From an uncultured Actinomycetes bacterium (GTDB lineage Bacteria > Actinomycetota > Acidimicrobiia > Spongiisociales > DATADW01): a stretch of DNA of 64,000 bases. The stretch is from NCBI GenBank assembly GCA_963824995.1, contig CAWGRK010000009.1, positions 173,934 to 237,933 on the forward strand, in the 5' to 3' direction. Both the position numbers and the translations under genes were made by a program. The notes under the pieces are model-generated. The model saw nothing but the letters and a program-made list of their open reading frames with translations. It was not told the DNA's origin and did not search any database. Shown in pieces: positions 34,689 through 44,782 of this stretch (its first letter is position 1; the number at the start of each line of letters is the position of its first letter).

Positions 34689-37600
34689 ATGCGTCGTCGT
34701 CGCCCCTCACGGATCTCAGTCGCCCTGGGGGCGTTGTTGGTCTTCGTCGCCGTGCTCTCGCCACTTCCGGTAAGCGCGGCGCCTCGCGAGTCCACGGTCC
34801 CTATCGACAATCCGGACTTGACCAAGGCGTGCGGTCTCGACGTGCTGATGATCATCGACGAGTCGGGCTCTATCTCGAACTCGGGTGCCACCAACGACGT
34901 GCGGAACGCCTTTCGAGCGTTCGTCGCCTCGTTGAAGAACACCGGGTCGAAGATGTCGGTGGCCGAGTTCAGCACGGTTGCCCGGCTCCCCTCGATCGCT
35001 GGCATACCGGCAGGGACGTACATCACGATCGACGACACCACCGAAGCGGGGTTCGAGACCTACATCCAGGGCTACAACCCGAACGGTTGGACCAACTGGG
35101 AGGACGCCCTACGGGTGGGCCGCTACTTCGCCCCCCGGCCCAGCCCAGTCATCCCCCATCTCGTGGTATTCCTGACCGACGGCGACCCGACCGCCGCTAT
35201 CAACAACAACAACGTGACGATGGACGAGTACCAAAACAAGGTGCCGCTCGCCGAGAGCGAAGTCCGCAGCAACATAAACGAGAGCAGCGCCCTGACACCG
35301 GCGATTCCCAACGCCAATTTCATCAAGTCGCAGGACTCACACATCCTGGCGTTGGGCGTCGGAGAGGCCCTCCAGAACCAAGCCTCGGTCAACCGGCTCA
35401 TCCAGGTTTCCGGGCCTGACGTGTTCAGCGGCACCGGCGAGTTCGACATCGCCACCGACGACGTCTTCCTCGAGGATGACTTCGACGAACTCGAGGACGC
35501 CCTCCGCAACGCAGCTTTCCAACTGTGCGCCCCCTCGGTGACTGTGCGCAAGCTGTATGACCAGACGCCCGATCCGGACACGCTCGACGATCTCCTACCT
35601 GGCGTGGGCTGGACGCTGACCGGAACCGTCACCGCTCCGGCGCCCGGCACGTTCGACTGGGTCCTTCCGGTCGGCGCCACCGGGCCCACCGCAGAAACCA
35701 TTACCGACGGCGCCGGGTTCGCCACGTTCCAATGGACTCCCACCAACCCCGACGGCGCTTCGACCATCGTTGTCTCCGAGGATTCTCCGGCCAACCCTCC
35801 AGACCCTCCGGGCGGGACCTTCGTCAATCTGCCAGAGGAAACGGAGTGCTCCTTCCGCACCCCCGACACCGATGACGCCCCGCTCCCAATCGAGGTCGAC
35901 CCCGCCGGTGGGTTCACCGCGGTCGTGCCCCCCGACTCGATCGTCACCTGCGAAATCGTCAACATCGCCACCCCGGAGCCGGCCCTCGACCTCGAGAAGT
36001 TCACCAACGGCGTCGATGCGGACCTGCCTACGGGGCCGCTGCTGGAGCTCGGTGACGAGGTGTTGTGGACCTACATGGTGACCAACATCGGGAATGTCAC
36101 GCTCTTCGACCTGACCATCACCGACAGCGTCGAGCTGCCGAATCCGGGTCCGGGACCAACCGTGGTCTGTCCGGAAACGACGTTGGGCCCAGGGGACTCG
36201 GTGACCTGCACCACCAATCTGGACCAGGCCGAGGCCGGGCAATACGCCAACAACGCGGTCGCCACGGCCGTCGACGGTTACGACACAGAGGTGACCGACG
36301 AGGATCCATCGCATTACTTCGGGCAGGTCAGCTCGATCGAAGTGGTCAAATTCACCAATGGCGACGACGCCAACAACCCGACCGGTCCTTACATCGCCGA
36401 GGGGGGTGACGTCGCCTGGACCTACGAGGTGACCAACACCGGCAACACTCCCCTCTCGGACGTCACGCTCACCGATGACGCCGGGACCGTCGGCGACGCC
36501 AGCGACGACTTCGACCCCACTTTCATCGGAGGGGACACCAACGGCGACGGGTTCCTCGACGTCGACGAGATCTGGCTGTACGAGTTTGCAGGTACGGCCG
36601 CCGCCGGGCAGTACGCCAACGTGGCCACCGTCTCGGGGCTGACCCCGGACGAAGACACCGTGCTGGACAACGACCCCTCGCACTACTTCGGGGTCGTCAG
36701 CGGCATCGACATCGAGAAGTACACCAACGGTCAGGACGCCGACGATCCCACCGGCCCGATCATCAAGGTCGGCGACCCGGTCACCTGGACATATGTTGTC
36801 ACCAACACCGGCAACCTGCCCCTGGGTACCTATGTGGTCACCGACGACGTCGAGGGGGGGGTGGGCTGCCCGCGCATCATCCTCTTACCAGGCCAGAGCA
36901 TCACCTGCTTCCACGAGGGGATCGCCGAGGAGGGCCAGTACGAGAACATGGGCACGGTGACCGCCACCGACGTGTTCGGCCAACCGTTGGAGGACGAGGA
37001 CCCGTCGCATTACCTCGGGATCCTCCCGGCGATCGACCTCGTGAAGTTCACCAACGGCGAGGACGCCAACCTGCCCACCGGCCCGTTCATCCCCGAGGGA
37101 GGGGTGGTCACCTGGACCTACGAGGTGACAAACACCGGCTCCGCCCCGCTCACCGATCTCGTCGTGGTCGACCCGCGGCTGGGGGCGGGCGCCGAGGTGG
37201 TGACCTGCGAAGCCACCGAGCTCGCACCCGGCGCGTCCACGCTGTGCACCGCCACCGGGTCCGCCGAGTTGGGCCAGTACTCCAACACCGCGGTGGCCGC
37301 CGCCGTCGACCCGTTCGGTGACGAGGTGGCCTCGTTCGATCCGTCGCACTACTTCGGCGCCGAGTCGTCGATCTCGCTCTTCAAGTACACCAACGGCATC
37401 GACGCCAATGAGCCTCCTGGCCCCAACATCCCCGAGGGGGGAGCCGTGACTTGGACCTACGACGTGGTCAACACCGGTGAGACCCCATTGAGCGAGATCG
37501 AGTTGGTCGACGATCAGCTGGGCCTGATAATCTGTCCTCAGAACACGCTCGCCATCGGCGCCGAAATGCAGTGCAGCGCCACCGGCACCGCCGAGCGGGG

Positions 37601-39308
37601 CCAGTACGCCAACACAGCCGTGGTCACCGGTGAGGACGCCGCGGGGAACACGGTGAGCGACGATGACCCCTCGCACTACTTCGGCTTCGTTGTCGAGGTC
37701 GATATCGAGAAGTTCACCAATGGAGAGGACGCCGACCAGCCCACCGGGCCTCAGATCGCCGTGGGTAACCCGGTCACCTGGACCTACGAGGTAACCAACC
37801 CGGGGAACGTCCCCGTGAGCGAAGTCGTGGTGACCGATGACCAGGGAGTAACCCCCGTGTTCCAGGGCGGTGACAGCAACGGCGACGACCTGCTCGACCC
37901 GAGCGAGACCTGGATGTACGAGGCGAGCGGCACGGCCGAGCCCGGACAGTACGAGAACCTGGCCACGGTGACCGCCACCAACCCGGTCGAGGTGGAGAGC
38001 ACGGTGACCGACGAGGATCCCTCGCACTACTACGGCTACATCGTCGAGGTGGACATCGAGAAGTTCACCAACGGGGAGGACGCCGATGAGCCCACCGGGC
38101 CGGAGATCCCCTTGGATGACCCGGTCACCTGGACCTATGAGGTCACCAACCCGGGCAACCTCCCCTTGGCGGATGTCGTGGTGACCGATGACCAGGGTGT
38201 CATGCCTGTCTTCCAGGGCGGTGACACCAACGGCGATGACCTCCTCGACCCCGAAGAGATCTGGCTGTATGAGGCCACCGGCACCGCCGAGCTCGGCCAG
38301 TACGCCAACATCGGCACGGTGACCGCCCCCCACCCGGTCGAAGTAGAGGCCGAGCTGACAGACGATGACCCGTCGCACTACTTCGGCTACATCGTCGAGG
38401 TGGACATCGAGAAGTTCACCAACGGGGAGGACGCCGACGAGCCCACCGGGCCCCCGATCCCGGTGGGTGACCCGGTCACCTGGACCTACGAGGTCACCAA
38501 CCCGGGCAACCTGCCGGCGGCGGACGTCGTGGTGACCGATGACCAGGGTGTCATGCCTGTCTTCCAGGGCGGTGACACCAACGGCGATGACCTCCTCGAC
38601 CCCGAAGAGATCTGGCTGTATGAGGCCACCGGCACCGCCGAGCTCGGCCAGTACGCCAACGTCGGCGCGGTGACCGCTACCGACCCCGTCGAAGGGGAGA
38701 CCGAGCTGACCGACAGTGACCCCTCCCACTACATCGGATTTGACGCCGGGACGGCGACCTTGGGCGACACCGTGTGGCTCGACGAGAACACCAACGGAGT
38801 CCAGGACGAAGGAGAGGTGGGGATCGAGGGGGTCCGGGTGACCGTGGCGAGCACTTCGGAGGCCTTTGCATTGATGTCGGCAGTGCTCCAGGCCACCGAC
38901 GTACCTGTGACCGTGACCACGGGTTCAGAAGGTGATTACCTGGTTACGGCCCTGCTGGCCGGCGAGTACACCGTCACGATCGACCTCAGCTCGGTCGAGC
39001 CCGGTCTGAGCCTGACAACCCCAGCGTCGGTGACCGTCACGCTCGACATCGGCGAGACATTCCTCGACGCCGACTTCGGGCTGGCACAGCCCACCGAGCC
39101 GCCAACTACCACTACCACCACGCCGTCACCAACCACAACCACGCTCGTGTTGCCACCACCCACAACCGTTCCGCCCGAGCTTCCGGCCACCGGCAACAGG
39201 GACATCGGACCCCTGGTCTGGTTGGGCGCAGCGTTGCTCCTGATCGGGTCGGGCGTGCTCGTCGCAGTGCGGCGTCGGCGGTCCGGAGCCGTCAACCCTG
39301 TCGACTGA
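34689..39308 (+). CDS. Large surface adhesin: signal peptide, VWA, 8 Ig-like repeats, SdrD-B-like domain, Thr/Pro linker, LPATG sorting signal
   Basis: DESGS MIDAS, TDGDP; 8 x (K[FY]TNGxDA..PxGP..V.WTY.V.N.G ... DPSHY.G); LGDTVWLDENTNGVQD; ELPATG + TM + RRRR. Confidence 0.88.
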   Translation: MRRRRPSRISVALGALLVFVAVLSPLPVSAAPRESTVPIDNPDLTKACGLDVLMIIDESGSISNSGATNDVRNAFRAFVASLKNTGSKMSVAEFSTVARLPSIAGIPAGTYITIDDTTEAGFETYIQGYNPNGWTNWEDALRVGRYFAPRPSPVIPHLVVFLTDGDPTAAINNNNVTMDEYQNKVPLAESEVRSNINESSALTPAIPNANFIKSQDSHILALGVGEALQNQASVNRLIQVSGPDVFSGTGEFDIATDDVFLEDDFDELEDALRNAAFQLCAPSVTVRKLYDQTPDPDTLDDLLPGVGWTLTGTVTAPAPGTFDWVLPVGATGPTAETITDGAGFATFQWTPTNPDGASTIVVSEDSPANPPDPPGGTFVNLPEETECSFRTPDTDDAPLPIEVDPAGGFTAVVPPDSIVTCEIVNIATPEPALDLEKFTNGVDADLPTGPLLELGDEVLWTYMVTNIGNVTLFDLTITDSVELPNPGPGPTVVCPETTLGPGDSVTCTTNLDQAEAGQYANNAVATAVDGYDTEVTDEDPSHYFGQVSSIEVVKFTNGDDANNPTGPYIAEGGDVAWTYEVTNTGNTPLSDVTLTDDAGTVGDASDDFDPTFIGGDTNGDGFLDVDEIWLYEFAGTAAAGQYANVATVSGLTPDEDTVLDNDPSHYFGVVSGIDIEKYTNGQDADDPTGPIIKVGDPVTWTYVVTNTGNLPLGTYVVTDDVEGGVGCPRIILLPGQSITCFHEGIAEEGQYENMGTVTATDVFGQPLEDEDPSHYLGILPAIDLVKFTNGEDANLPTGPFIPEGGVVTWTYEVTNTGSAPLTDLVVVDPRLGAGAEVVTCEATELAPGASTLCTATGSAELGQYSNTAVAAAVDPFGDEVASFDPSHYFGAESSISLFKYTNGIDANEPPGPNIPEGGAVTWTYDVVNTGETPLSEIELVDDQLGLIICPQNTLAIGAEMQCSATGTAERGQYANTAVVTGEDAAGNTVSDDDPSHYFGFVVEVDIEKFTNGEDADQPTGPQIAVGNPVTWTYEVTNPGNVPVSEVVVTDDQGVTPVFQGGDSNGDDLLDPSETWMYEASGTAEPGQYENLATVTATNPVEVESTVTDEDPSHYYGYIVEVDIEKFTNGEDADEPTGPEIPLDDPVTWTYEVTNPGNLPLADVVVTDDQGVMPVFQGGDTNGDDLLDPEEIWLYEATGTAELGQYANIGTVTAPHPVEVEAELTDDDPSHYFGYIVEVDIEKFTNGEDADEPTGPPIPVGDPVTWTYEVTNPGNLPAADVVVTDDQGVMPVFQGGDTNGDDLLDPEEIWLYEATGTAELGQYANVGAVTATDPVEGETELTDSDPSHYIGFDAGTATLGDTVWLDENTNGVQDEGEVGIEGVRVTVASTSEAFALMSAVLQATDVPVTVTTGSEGDYLVTALLAGEYTVTIDLSSVEPGLSLTTPASVTVTLDIGETFLDADFGLAQPTEPPTTTTTTPSPTTTTLVLPPPTTVPPELPATGNRDIGPLVWLGAALLLIGSGVLVAVRRRRSGAVNPVD
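37690..38741 (+). repeat. Three near-identical 351-bp intragenic tandem repeats
   Basis: Repeat starts at 37690, 38041 and 38392; the last two share long identical stretches. Confidence 0.85.
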
Positions 39309-39482
39309 CATCACACTCACCCGCAAGCACCAAATCGGGGCTCAGTTCGGGATTAGCCCAGGCTTTTAGCCGACCGGGATGCAAGGGACTCGCCGCTGCC
39401 GAGGAATTGCTAATCGCGTACGTTCAGGGTCTTGAGCCCGTCAAGGCGATCATGGTTGTTGTCGTGCGTATTACGTCACCGC

Positions 39483-40639
39483 CTATGACGCCCGGCGGCG
39501 CCCGATCAGCACCAGCCCTGATCCCACCACCAAGAGCCCAAGTGCCAAGAGGGCCAGTTCAACGAAGTTAAGTGGTCCCGGCCCGTTTGGCGGACCGGTG
39601 AAGGGGATGGTTCCATCGGTACCGTCGGTGGTGGTGGTGGCACCATCGCCCGAACTCGTTGTTTGACCCGCCACCGTCGTCGTCACCTGAGCGCCGGCAG
39701 TTGTCAATGTGCCACCGCCCACCGAGGTGGAGGTACCGCCGCCACCGCCGCCGGCGGCCACCGCCGCCACCCGTGGTGGTGGTACCACCGCCGCCGAAGT
39801 GGTCGTCGCCGCCACCGTCCGCCGGTAGTGAGGTCGTCCCGCCCCGTCCGCCGTAGTGGTCGTCCCGCCACCGTCCGCCGTAGTGGTCGTCCCGCCACCG
39901 TCCGCCGTAGTGGTCGTCCGCCACCGTCCACCGTCAGTGGTCGTCCCGCCACCGTCCGCCGTCGTGGTCGTCCCGCCACCGTCCGCCGTCGTGGTCGTCC
40001 CGCCACCGTCCGCCGTCGTGGTCGTCCGCCACCGTCCGCCGTCGTGGTCGTACCGCCACCGTCCGCCGTCAGTGGTCGTCCCGCCACCGTCCGCCGTCGT
40101 GGTCGTCCGCCACCGTCCGCCGTCGTGGTCGTCCGCCACCGTCCACCGTCAGTGGTCGTCCCGCCACCGTCCGCCGTAGTGGTCGTCCCGCCACCTTCCG
40201 TCGTAGTGGTCTCAGCCTCGGTCGTTGGCGGTGTCCCCGGGCGCACGTCGACAGAACGAATCGGGTTGATGGGCCGTTCACCTGGGCCGTAGCGTTGAGG
40301 AGGGTGTCGGGCCCCGAGGTGTATAGGTACGCATGCATCGACGTTGGTTGGTTGAACGGCCCACTGGAACTTACCTGTCCCGCGTCCTGGAATGTCGCGG
40401 TGATGGTTACGAAGTCAGTGTCGGGACCGAGGACGAAATGCCAGCCATATTGTGCGGGACTGCCCGGACAGGTTCCCTCCCTGTGTCCCGGATTGCTTGC
40501 ACCTTGATGCGGTTCATGGAGGTTTGCGGTTCCGGTGGCCTGCCAGCGCGGCAGGCGCCGGCTCCACGGTGGCCTCCTGTTGGCAGGCGGCCAGGACAAG
40601 CAGTAACACGATCCCGAGTGCCGAGGCTCGCTTTGCCAT
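39483..40639 (-). CDS. Thr/Gly-rich surface protein with N-terminal lipobox and C-terminal IPFTG sorting-like signal; frameshifted
   Basis: MAKRASALGIVLLLVLAACQQ from ATG 40639; GWHFVL domain; (TTTTADGGG)n; IPFTG + TM + RRRAS. Confidence 0.75.
39760..40210 (-). repeat. Coding tandem repeat of about 27 bp (TTTTADGGG)
   Basis: Unit CCGCCGTAGTGGTCGTCCCGCCACCGT repeated more than 10 times with small indels and no unique spacers. Confidence 0.9.
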
Positions 40640-40736
40640 GATCTACCTTCCAGGCATGAGAAGGTCCCCCTTAGGACCGCGTATTTCGAAGCTACACCAT
40701 CCTCAGAGAGGTGGTGACGCACCCACCTCCACGGCG

Positions 40737-42021
40737 CTAACCACGCAACGCCGCGATCCGCCGCCGCCACTGCAGGATCAGCGGGTCTGTCTCCGGATCA
40801 CCGCCGGCGCGGCGGACATCGTGCCGACGGAAGGCGAGCTCGTTCTGGGCGCGCACGAGGCGATTCGACAACCGGCGGGAGACTCCTGGGAGTCGCCGCA
40901 GTCTGAACAGACCCTCTTGCTCGACGAGCGGTGTACTCATCGGGCGTCACCACGTCGCTGGCTTCATGGGCCAGTTCGTCCTTGCAGACGCCGAGTTCCC
41001 AGTAGCCGCTGCGCACGGTCCAATAGACCAGGTCGACGTATACCCAGACGTTGACGGCCATCGTCTTGGCCAGATTGAGCACCCATAGCTGGCCGATGGT
41101 CACCCGGTTGGGATCGAATCCGGCGAGGGAGGCGAACCCGGCGAGAGCGAAGGGACCGAAGGCATTCGACATGGAGTGTGCCGCCACTGCCAGAACGAAG
41201 GCACCGAGCCCTATTAATCCTTTTCGAACCCGTCCGTAGTCGCCCTGTCGCGCCAGACCAAGACCCGCCCCCAACAAGGCGCTATAGAGCGCATGACCAT
41301 TGATGCCGCCCAGCACGAACCGCGGGATCAATTGGGCGGCGTAGGAAGGCTCCCCTGTCGCTACGAAATCCTGGACGATGTACACCACAGCCTCGGTCAC
41401 CGCGAACCCAAGCCCGACGAGCCCCCCATAGACGATTCCGTCGCGCACACTGTTCACCTCGATGGGGAGCAGGACGAGAAGCAGGAGGAGCGCCGCGCCC
41501 TTGACCGCCTCCTCCACAAATGGCGCCACCAACGAGTTTTGGAGCCAAGCGAAGAGCTGGGCCTGATCGAGGAGCTCGAATCCCAGCCGGGTGGTGTCGA
41601 CCAGTCCGGCCGTCTCGTCGAAGAGTCGGTTCACTTCGGCACCGACGACCTCGTTCAACACCACGGCCAATCCGGTAGAAGCGATTGCGCCCCACAGAAA
41701 GGCCAGCCCGAGGAGCCACCACGGCTCCGGCTCCCTCCGATCCAGATAGACGGCGAGCGCCATTGCGGGAAGGCCGGCGAGGAGGGCGAGACCAAGAGCA
41801 GTGAGGGCAACCTGCCAGACGGCCGCTGACGCGCCTCTCGGCAGAAGCACCCAGATACCGGCGGCGAACAGCAGCACCAGGCCGGCGATGGTGACGAAGG
41901 CGAAGGGCCGCCTGGCCAGTGGCGATCCGGTCAAGATGCTGGGAGGAGACGGCTTGACCGTCACGACGACAGCCGACGCTATCAGGCGAGCCGTGCTGTG
42001 CGCGCTGGCGTCGCCGGTCAT
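40737..42021 (-). CDS. PrsW-family intramembrane metalloprotease; frameshift near 40930
   Basis: DRREPEP, APFVEEAVK, GFAVTE, HALYS, HSMSN; C-terminus in ORF 40737-40940. Confidence 0.88.
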
Positions 42022-42130
42022 CGCATGATCCTGCTGCTCGGAGGCGAGTCGGCGGTGTGGGCGGCGCGGTTTCGCTCGAGCCTCGGCTGATCCTGGCGGT
42101 ACCATCCGGCATCGGCTAGAACTGCCCGCC

Positions 42131-42310
42131 ATGCACTGCTCGTGGTGCGCCTCGCGGTTGATTTACCTGCACGGTCACGCCGCCTGCGTCGCAGGATCCT
42201 GCCCGATGCGGGGGGTCAACCAGGCCGAGTGCTGTGATGGCGAGACTGCGGGACCTGCCGCGACCCCGGTCTCCGCGGCCGCCAGGATCGCGTGCGAGAG
42301 GAGTCCGCGG
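42131..42310 (+). CDS. Small Cys/His-rich segment, in frame with the downstream gene
   Basis: MHCSWC...HGHAAC...CP...ECCDGE; no stop before ATG 42311. Confidence 0.5.
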
Positions 42311-43294
42311 ATGACCCAGCCGCCACCACCCCCCGACGACCTGCCCCCGACCGACCCGGCCGGCGAGCCACCCGCTGTTCCACCCGGCGACGGGAACGGT
42401 GGCGAACCGCCGACGCTTCCGCCCGACGGCGAGCCACCCGAAGAGCCGGGGGGCATGCTCCCTTGGCAGCGCAACACTCTCATCGGATTGGGCGCCGTGG
42501 CGGTGGTGACCTTTGCCATAGTCGGGATCGTGGCGCTGACCGGCGACGACGAGCCCGCCCAGACCACAATCGGCGGTGTGGGCACGACCACCACATCCAC
42601 CACGATCGAGCTGTCCACCACCTCGTCCTCGACCGCGCCCACAACCACGACTACAGCCACCAGCACGACCTCTACGACGACGTCATCGACCACGAGTTCC
42701 ACTACGACCAGCAGCACGACTACCACATCGACCACGACGAGCACGACGACGTCGACCACGTCTACCACGGTGGCCACCACGATCCCCGGCTCGGAGGTGG
42801 TTCTCGGGGGAGACGGCCTGGAGGTCGCCGAATTCGGGGATGATCCCGAGGAGGCCATCGCCGCCCTGACAGGAGCACTGGGTGACCCGGACGAGGACAC
42901 CGGGTGGACCGGGAGCGGGGATTCTCAATTCGGCACGTGCCCGGGAACAGTGGTCAGGGGCATCCGTTGGCAGACCTTGTGGGCGCTGTTCACCGACGGT
43001 GAGACCGAGTGGGAGAACGATGACCCGCACTTCTTCGCCTTCCAGCACGCATCCTTCTTCGATCCCTCGGCCGACATGGGGCTGGTCACAGAGGAAGGGA
43101 TCGGGCTTGGCAGCAGCCGCGCCGAACTCGAGGACTCGTACGGCGACCGGGTCATCGTCGATTTCGATCAGGCGTCCGATGCCTGGGCGTTCCAAATCGA
43201 TGACCCGCCAGAGGCGATCCTGGGATCGCTCACCGGTGAGGCGGCGACCGATGTCGTCGAGTCGATGCAGAGCGCAGTCAACTGCGGCGAGTGA
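42311..43294 (+). CDS. Single-TM membrane protein with Pro-rich N-terminus, long Thr/Ser linker and acidic extracellular domain
   Basis: MTQPPPPP..., one TM, (T/S)n, LGDPDEDTGW...CPG...TEEGIGLGS. Confidence 0.78.
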   Translation: MTQPPPPPDDLPPTDPAGEPPAVPPGDGNGGEPPTLPPDGEPPEEPGGMLPWQRNTLIGLGAVAVVTFAIVGIVALTGDDEPAQTTIGGVGTTTTSTTIELSTTSSSTAPTTTTTATSTTSTTTSSTTSSTTTSSTTTTSTTTSTTTSTTSTTVATTIPGSEVVLGGDGLEVAEFGDDPEEAIAALTGALGDPDEDTGWTGSGDSQFGTCPGTVVRGIRWQTLWALFTDGETEWENDDPHFFAFQHASFFDPSADMGLVTEEGIGLGSSRAELEDSYGDRVIVDFDQASDAWAFQIDDPPEAILGSLTGEAATDVVESMQSAVNCGE

Positions 43295-43333
43295 GCGAAC
43301 CGCACTTTCGATCATCGGCGTAGGCTGCGAAAG

Positions 43334-43714
43334 GTGACCGAGTTCACCATTCGACTGGCCAACCGACCAGGGATGCTGGCTGCACTCACCGAGCGGCTCG
43401 ACGCTGCCGGGGTGCACGTCGAGGCGCTGGCCGCCTTTGGCTACTCGGAGGACGGCCACGTGCGGATGATCGTTGACGATGCCGCGGTGGCGGCGAGAGT
43501 GCTTGAAGAGGCGGGCCTGGTGAGTGAGGAGCGAGAGGTGCTCACCACAGTCCTTCCCAACATCCCCGGGTCGCTGGCTGGGTTGACCCGGCGTCTGGCC
43601 GACAGCGGTGTCAACATCGAGGCGCTATACGTGCTGAAGTCGCATGCCGAAGGGCTGGAGCTGGCCATCGCCGTTGACGAGATGGCGGCAGCTCGCAGCG
43701 GCCTCGCCGGGTGA
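43334..43714 (+). CDS. Tandem ACT-domain protein
   Basis: LANRPGMLA and LPNIPGSLA...VNIEALY. Confidence 0.88.
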   Translation: MTEFTIRLANRPGMLAALTERLDAAGVHVEALAAFGYSEDGHVRMIVDDAAVAARVLEEAGLVSEEREVLTTVLPNIPGSLAGLTRRLADSGVNIEALYVLKSHAEGLELAIAVDEMAAARSGLAG

Positions 43715-44730
43715 GCGGTCTCGGTTTCGGGCTGATCAGCTGCCAGACCGTCGCCGGCGACGAGCGCGGATGGGAAGACCGGTACGCCGAGGCGCTCGAC
43801 TTGGTGGTCGAGTTGGAACGCCTCGGGTTCAGATCGGCGTGGACCACCGAGCACCACTTCGTGGACGACGGATACATGCCCTCGTTGCTGGTCACATCGG
43901 CGGCTATGGCGGCTCGAACCGAGCGGATCCTGATTGGAACCGGAGTAGTGCTCGCACCGCTTCACCACCCGCTCCGGCTGGCCGAGGATGCGGCCACAGT
44001 CGCCCTGATCAGCCGGAACAGGCTGTTGCTCGGCCTCGGTCTGGGCTGGTCCGAGATCGAGTTCGATGCCTTCGGCGCCGACCTCCACCGCCGCGGCGCA
44101 GCTATGGACGAGGTCCTCTCGATTCTGAGCAGCGCTTGGAGCGGACAGCCCTTCCATCATCGAGGGACGGTTTACGAATTCCCCCAGGTCGCGATCCGTC
44201 CCGTCCCCACCGCCCCGGTGCCCGTGTACATAGGGGCCAGTGCCGAAGCCGGCGTGCGACGTGCCGCTCGTCTTGCCGACGGCTTCTTCTCGAACGCCCC
44301 GCTCGACAGCTTCCTAGAGCAGGTGAGGGTCGGCCGGGAGGAAATGGAGCGAGTGGGCCGGGACCCAGCGAGCTTCCGCTGGTCCTGGTACTCGAGCCTC
44401 TTCGTGAGCGACAACTCGGAACGGGGTCTCGAGGAGCTCGTCCCCCACCTTCACGCCATGACCTGGAAGTACCAGGACATGGGCGAGTCGGCGAATCGTC
44501 CCGGTGGGCCGACGGTTCCGCCCCCTCTCGACCCGGCGCAAGCCGAGCGGTTGGGGCGGCGGGCACTGATCGGCACCGGCGAACAGATCGTCCAACGGCT
44601 CGGCGAACTGGAGGACGCCGCCGGGGTGCCCATCGACTTCGTCGCCCGCTCCTATTTCCCCACCATGAGCCGAGAACAGCAGCTGGATGTCATCGGGCGC
44701 CTCGCCAGCGACGTACTCCCCCATCTGTAG
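43711..44730 (+). CDS. LLM-class (luciferase-like) flavin-dependent oxidoreductase
   Basis: WTTEHHF..DGYMPS, LAPLHHPLRLAED, RRAARLADG. Confidence 0.9.
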   Translation: MSGLGFGLISCQTVAGDERGWEDRYAEALDLVVELERLGFRSAWTTEHHFVDDGYMPSLLVTSAAMAARTERILIGTGVVLAPLHHPLRLAEDAATVALISRNRLLLGLGLGWSEIEFDAFGADLHRRGAAMDEVLSILSSAWSGQPFHHRGTVYEFPQVAIRPVPTAPVPVYIGASAEAGVRRAARLADGFFSNAPLDSFLEQVRVGREEMERVGRDPASFRWSWYSSLFVSDNSERGLEELVPHLHAMTWKYQDMGESANRPGGPTVPPPLDPAQAERLGRRALIGTGEQIVQRLGELEDAAGVPIDFVARSYFPTMSREQQLDVIGRLASDVLPHL

Positions 44731-44782
44731 GGTGCCGCCCTCAGCTTGACCCGATCTGTCCACTGGCGTAACTTGCGCGCCC

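Noticed and set aside
39760..40210. Possible CRISPR array
   Set aside because: Units of about 27 bp are head-to-tail with no unique spacers, encode TTTTADGGG inside a gene, and there are no cas genes.
30573..43330. Integrative or mobile element carrying the adhesin block
   Set aside because: No integrase, transposase, tRNA target or flanking direct repeats were found.
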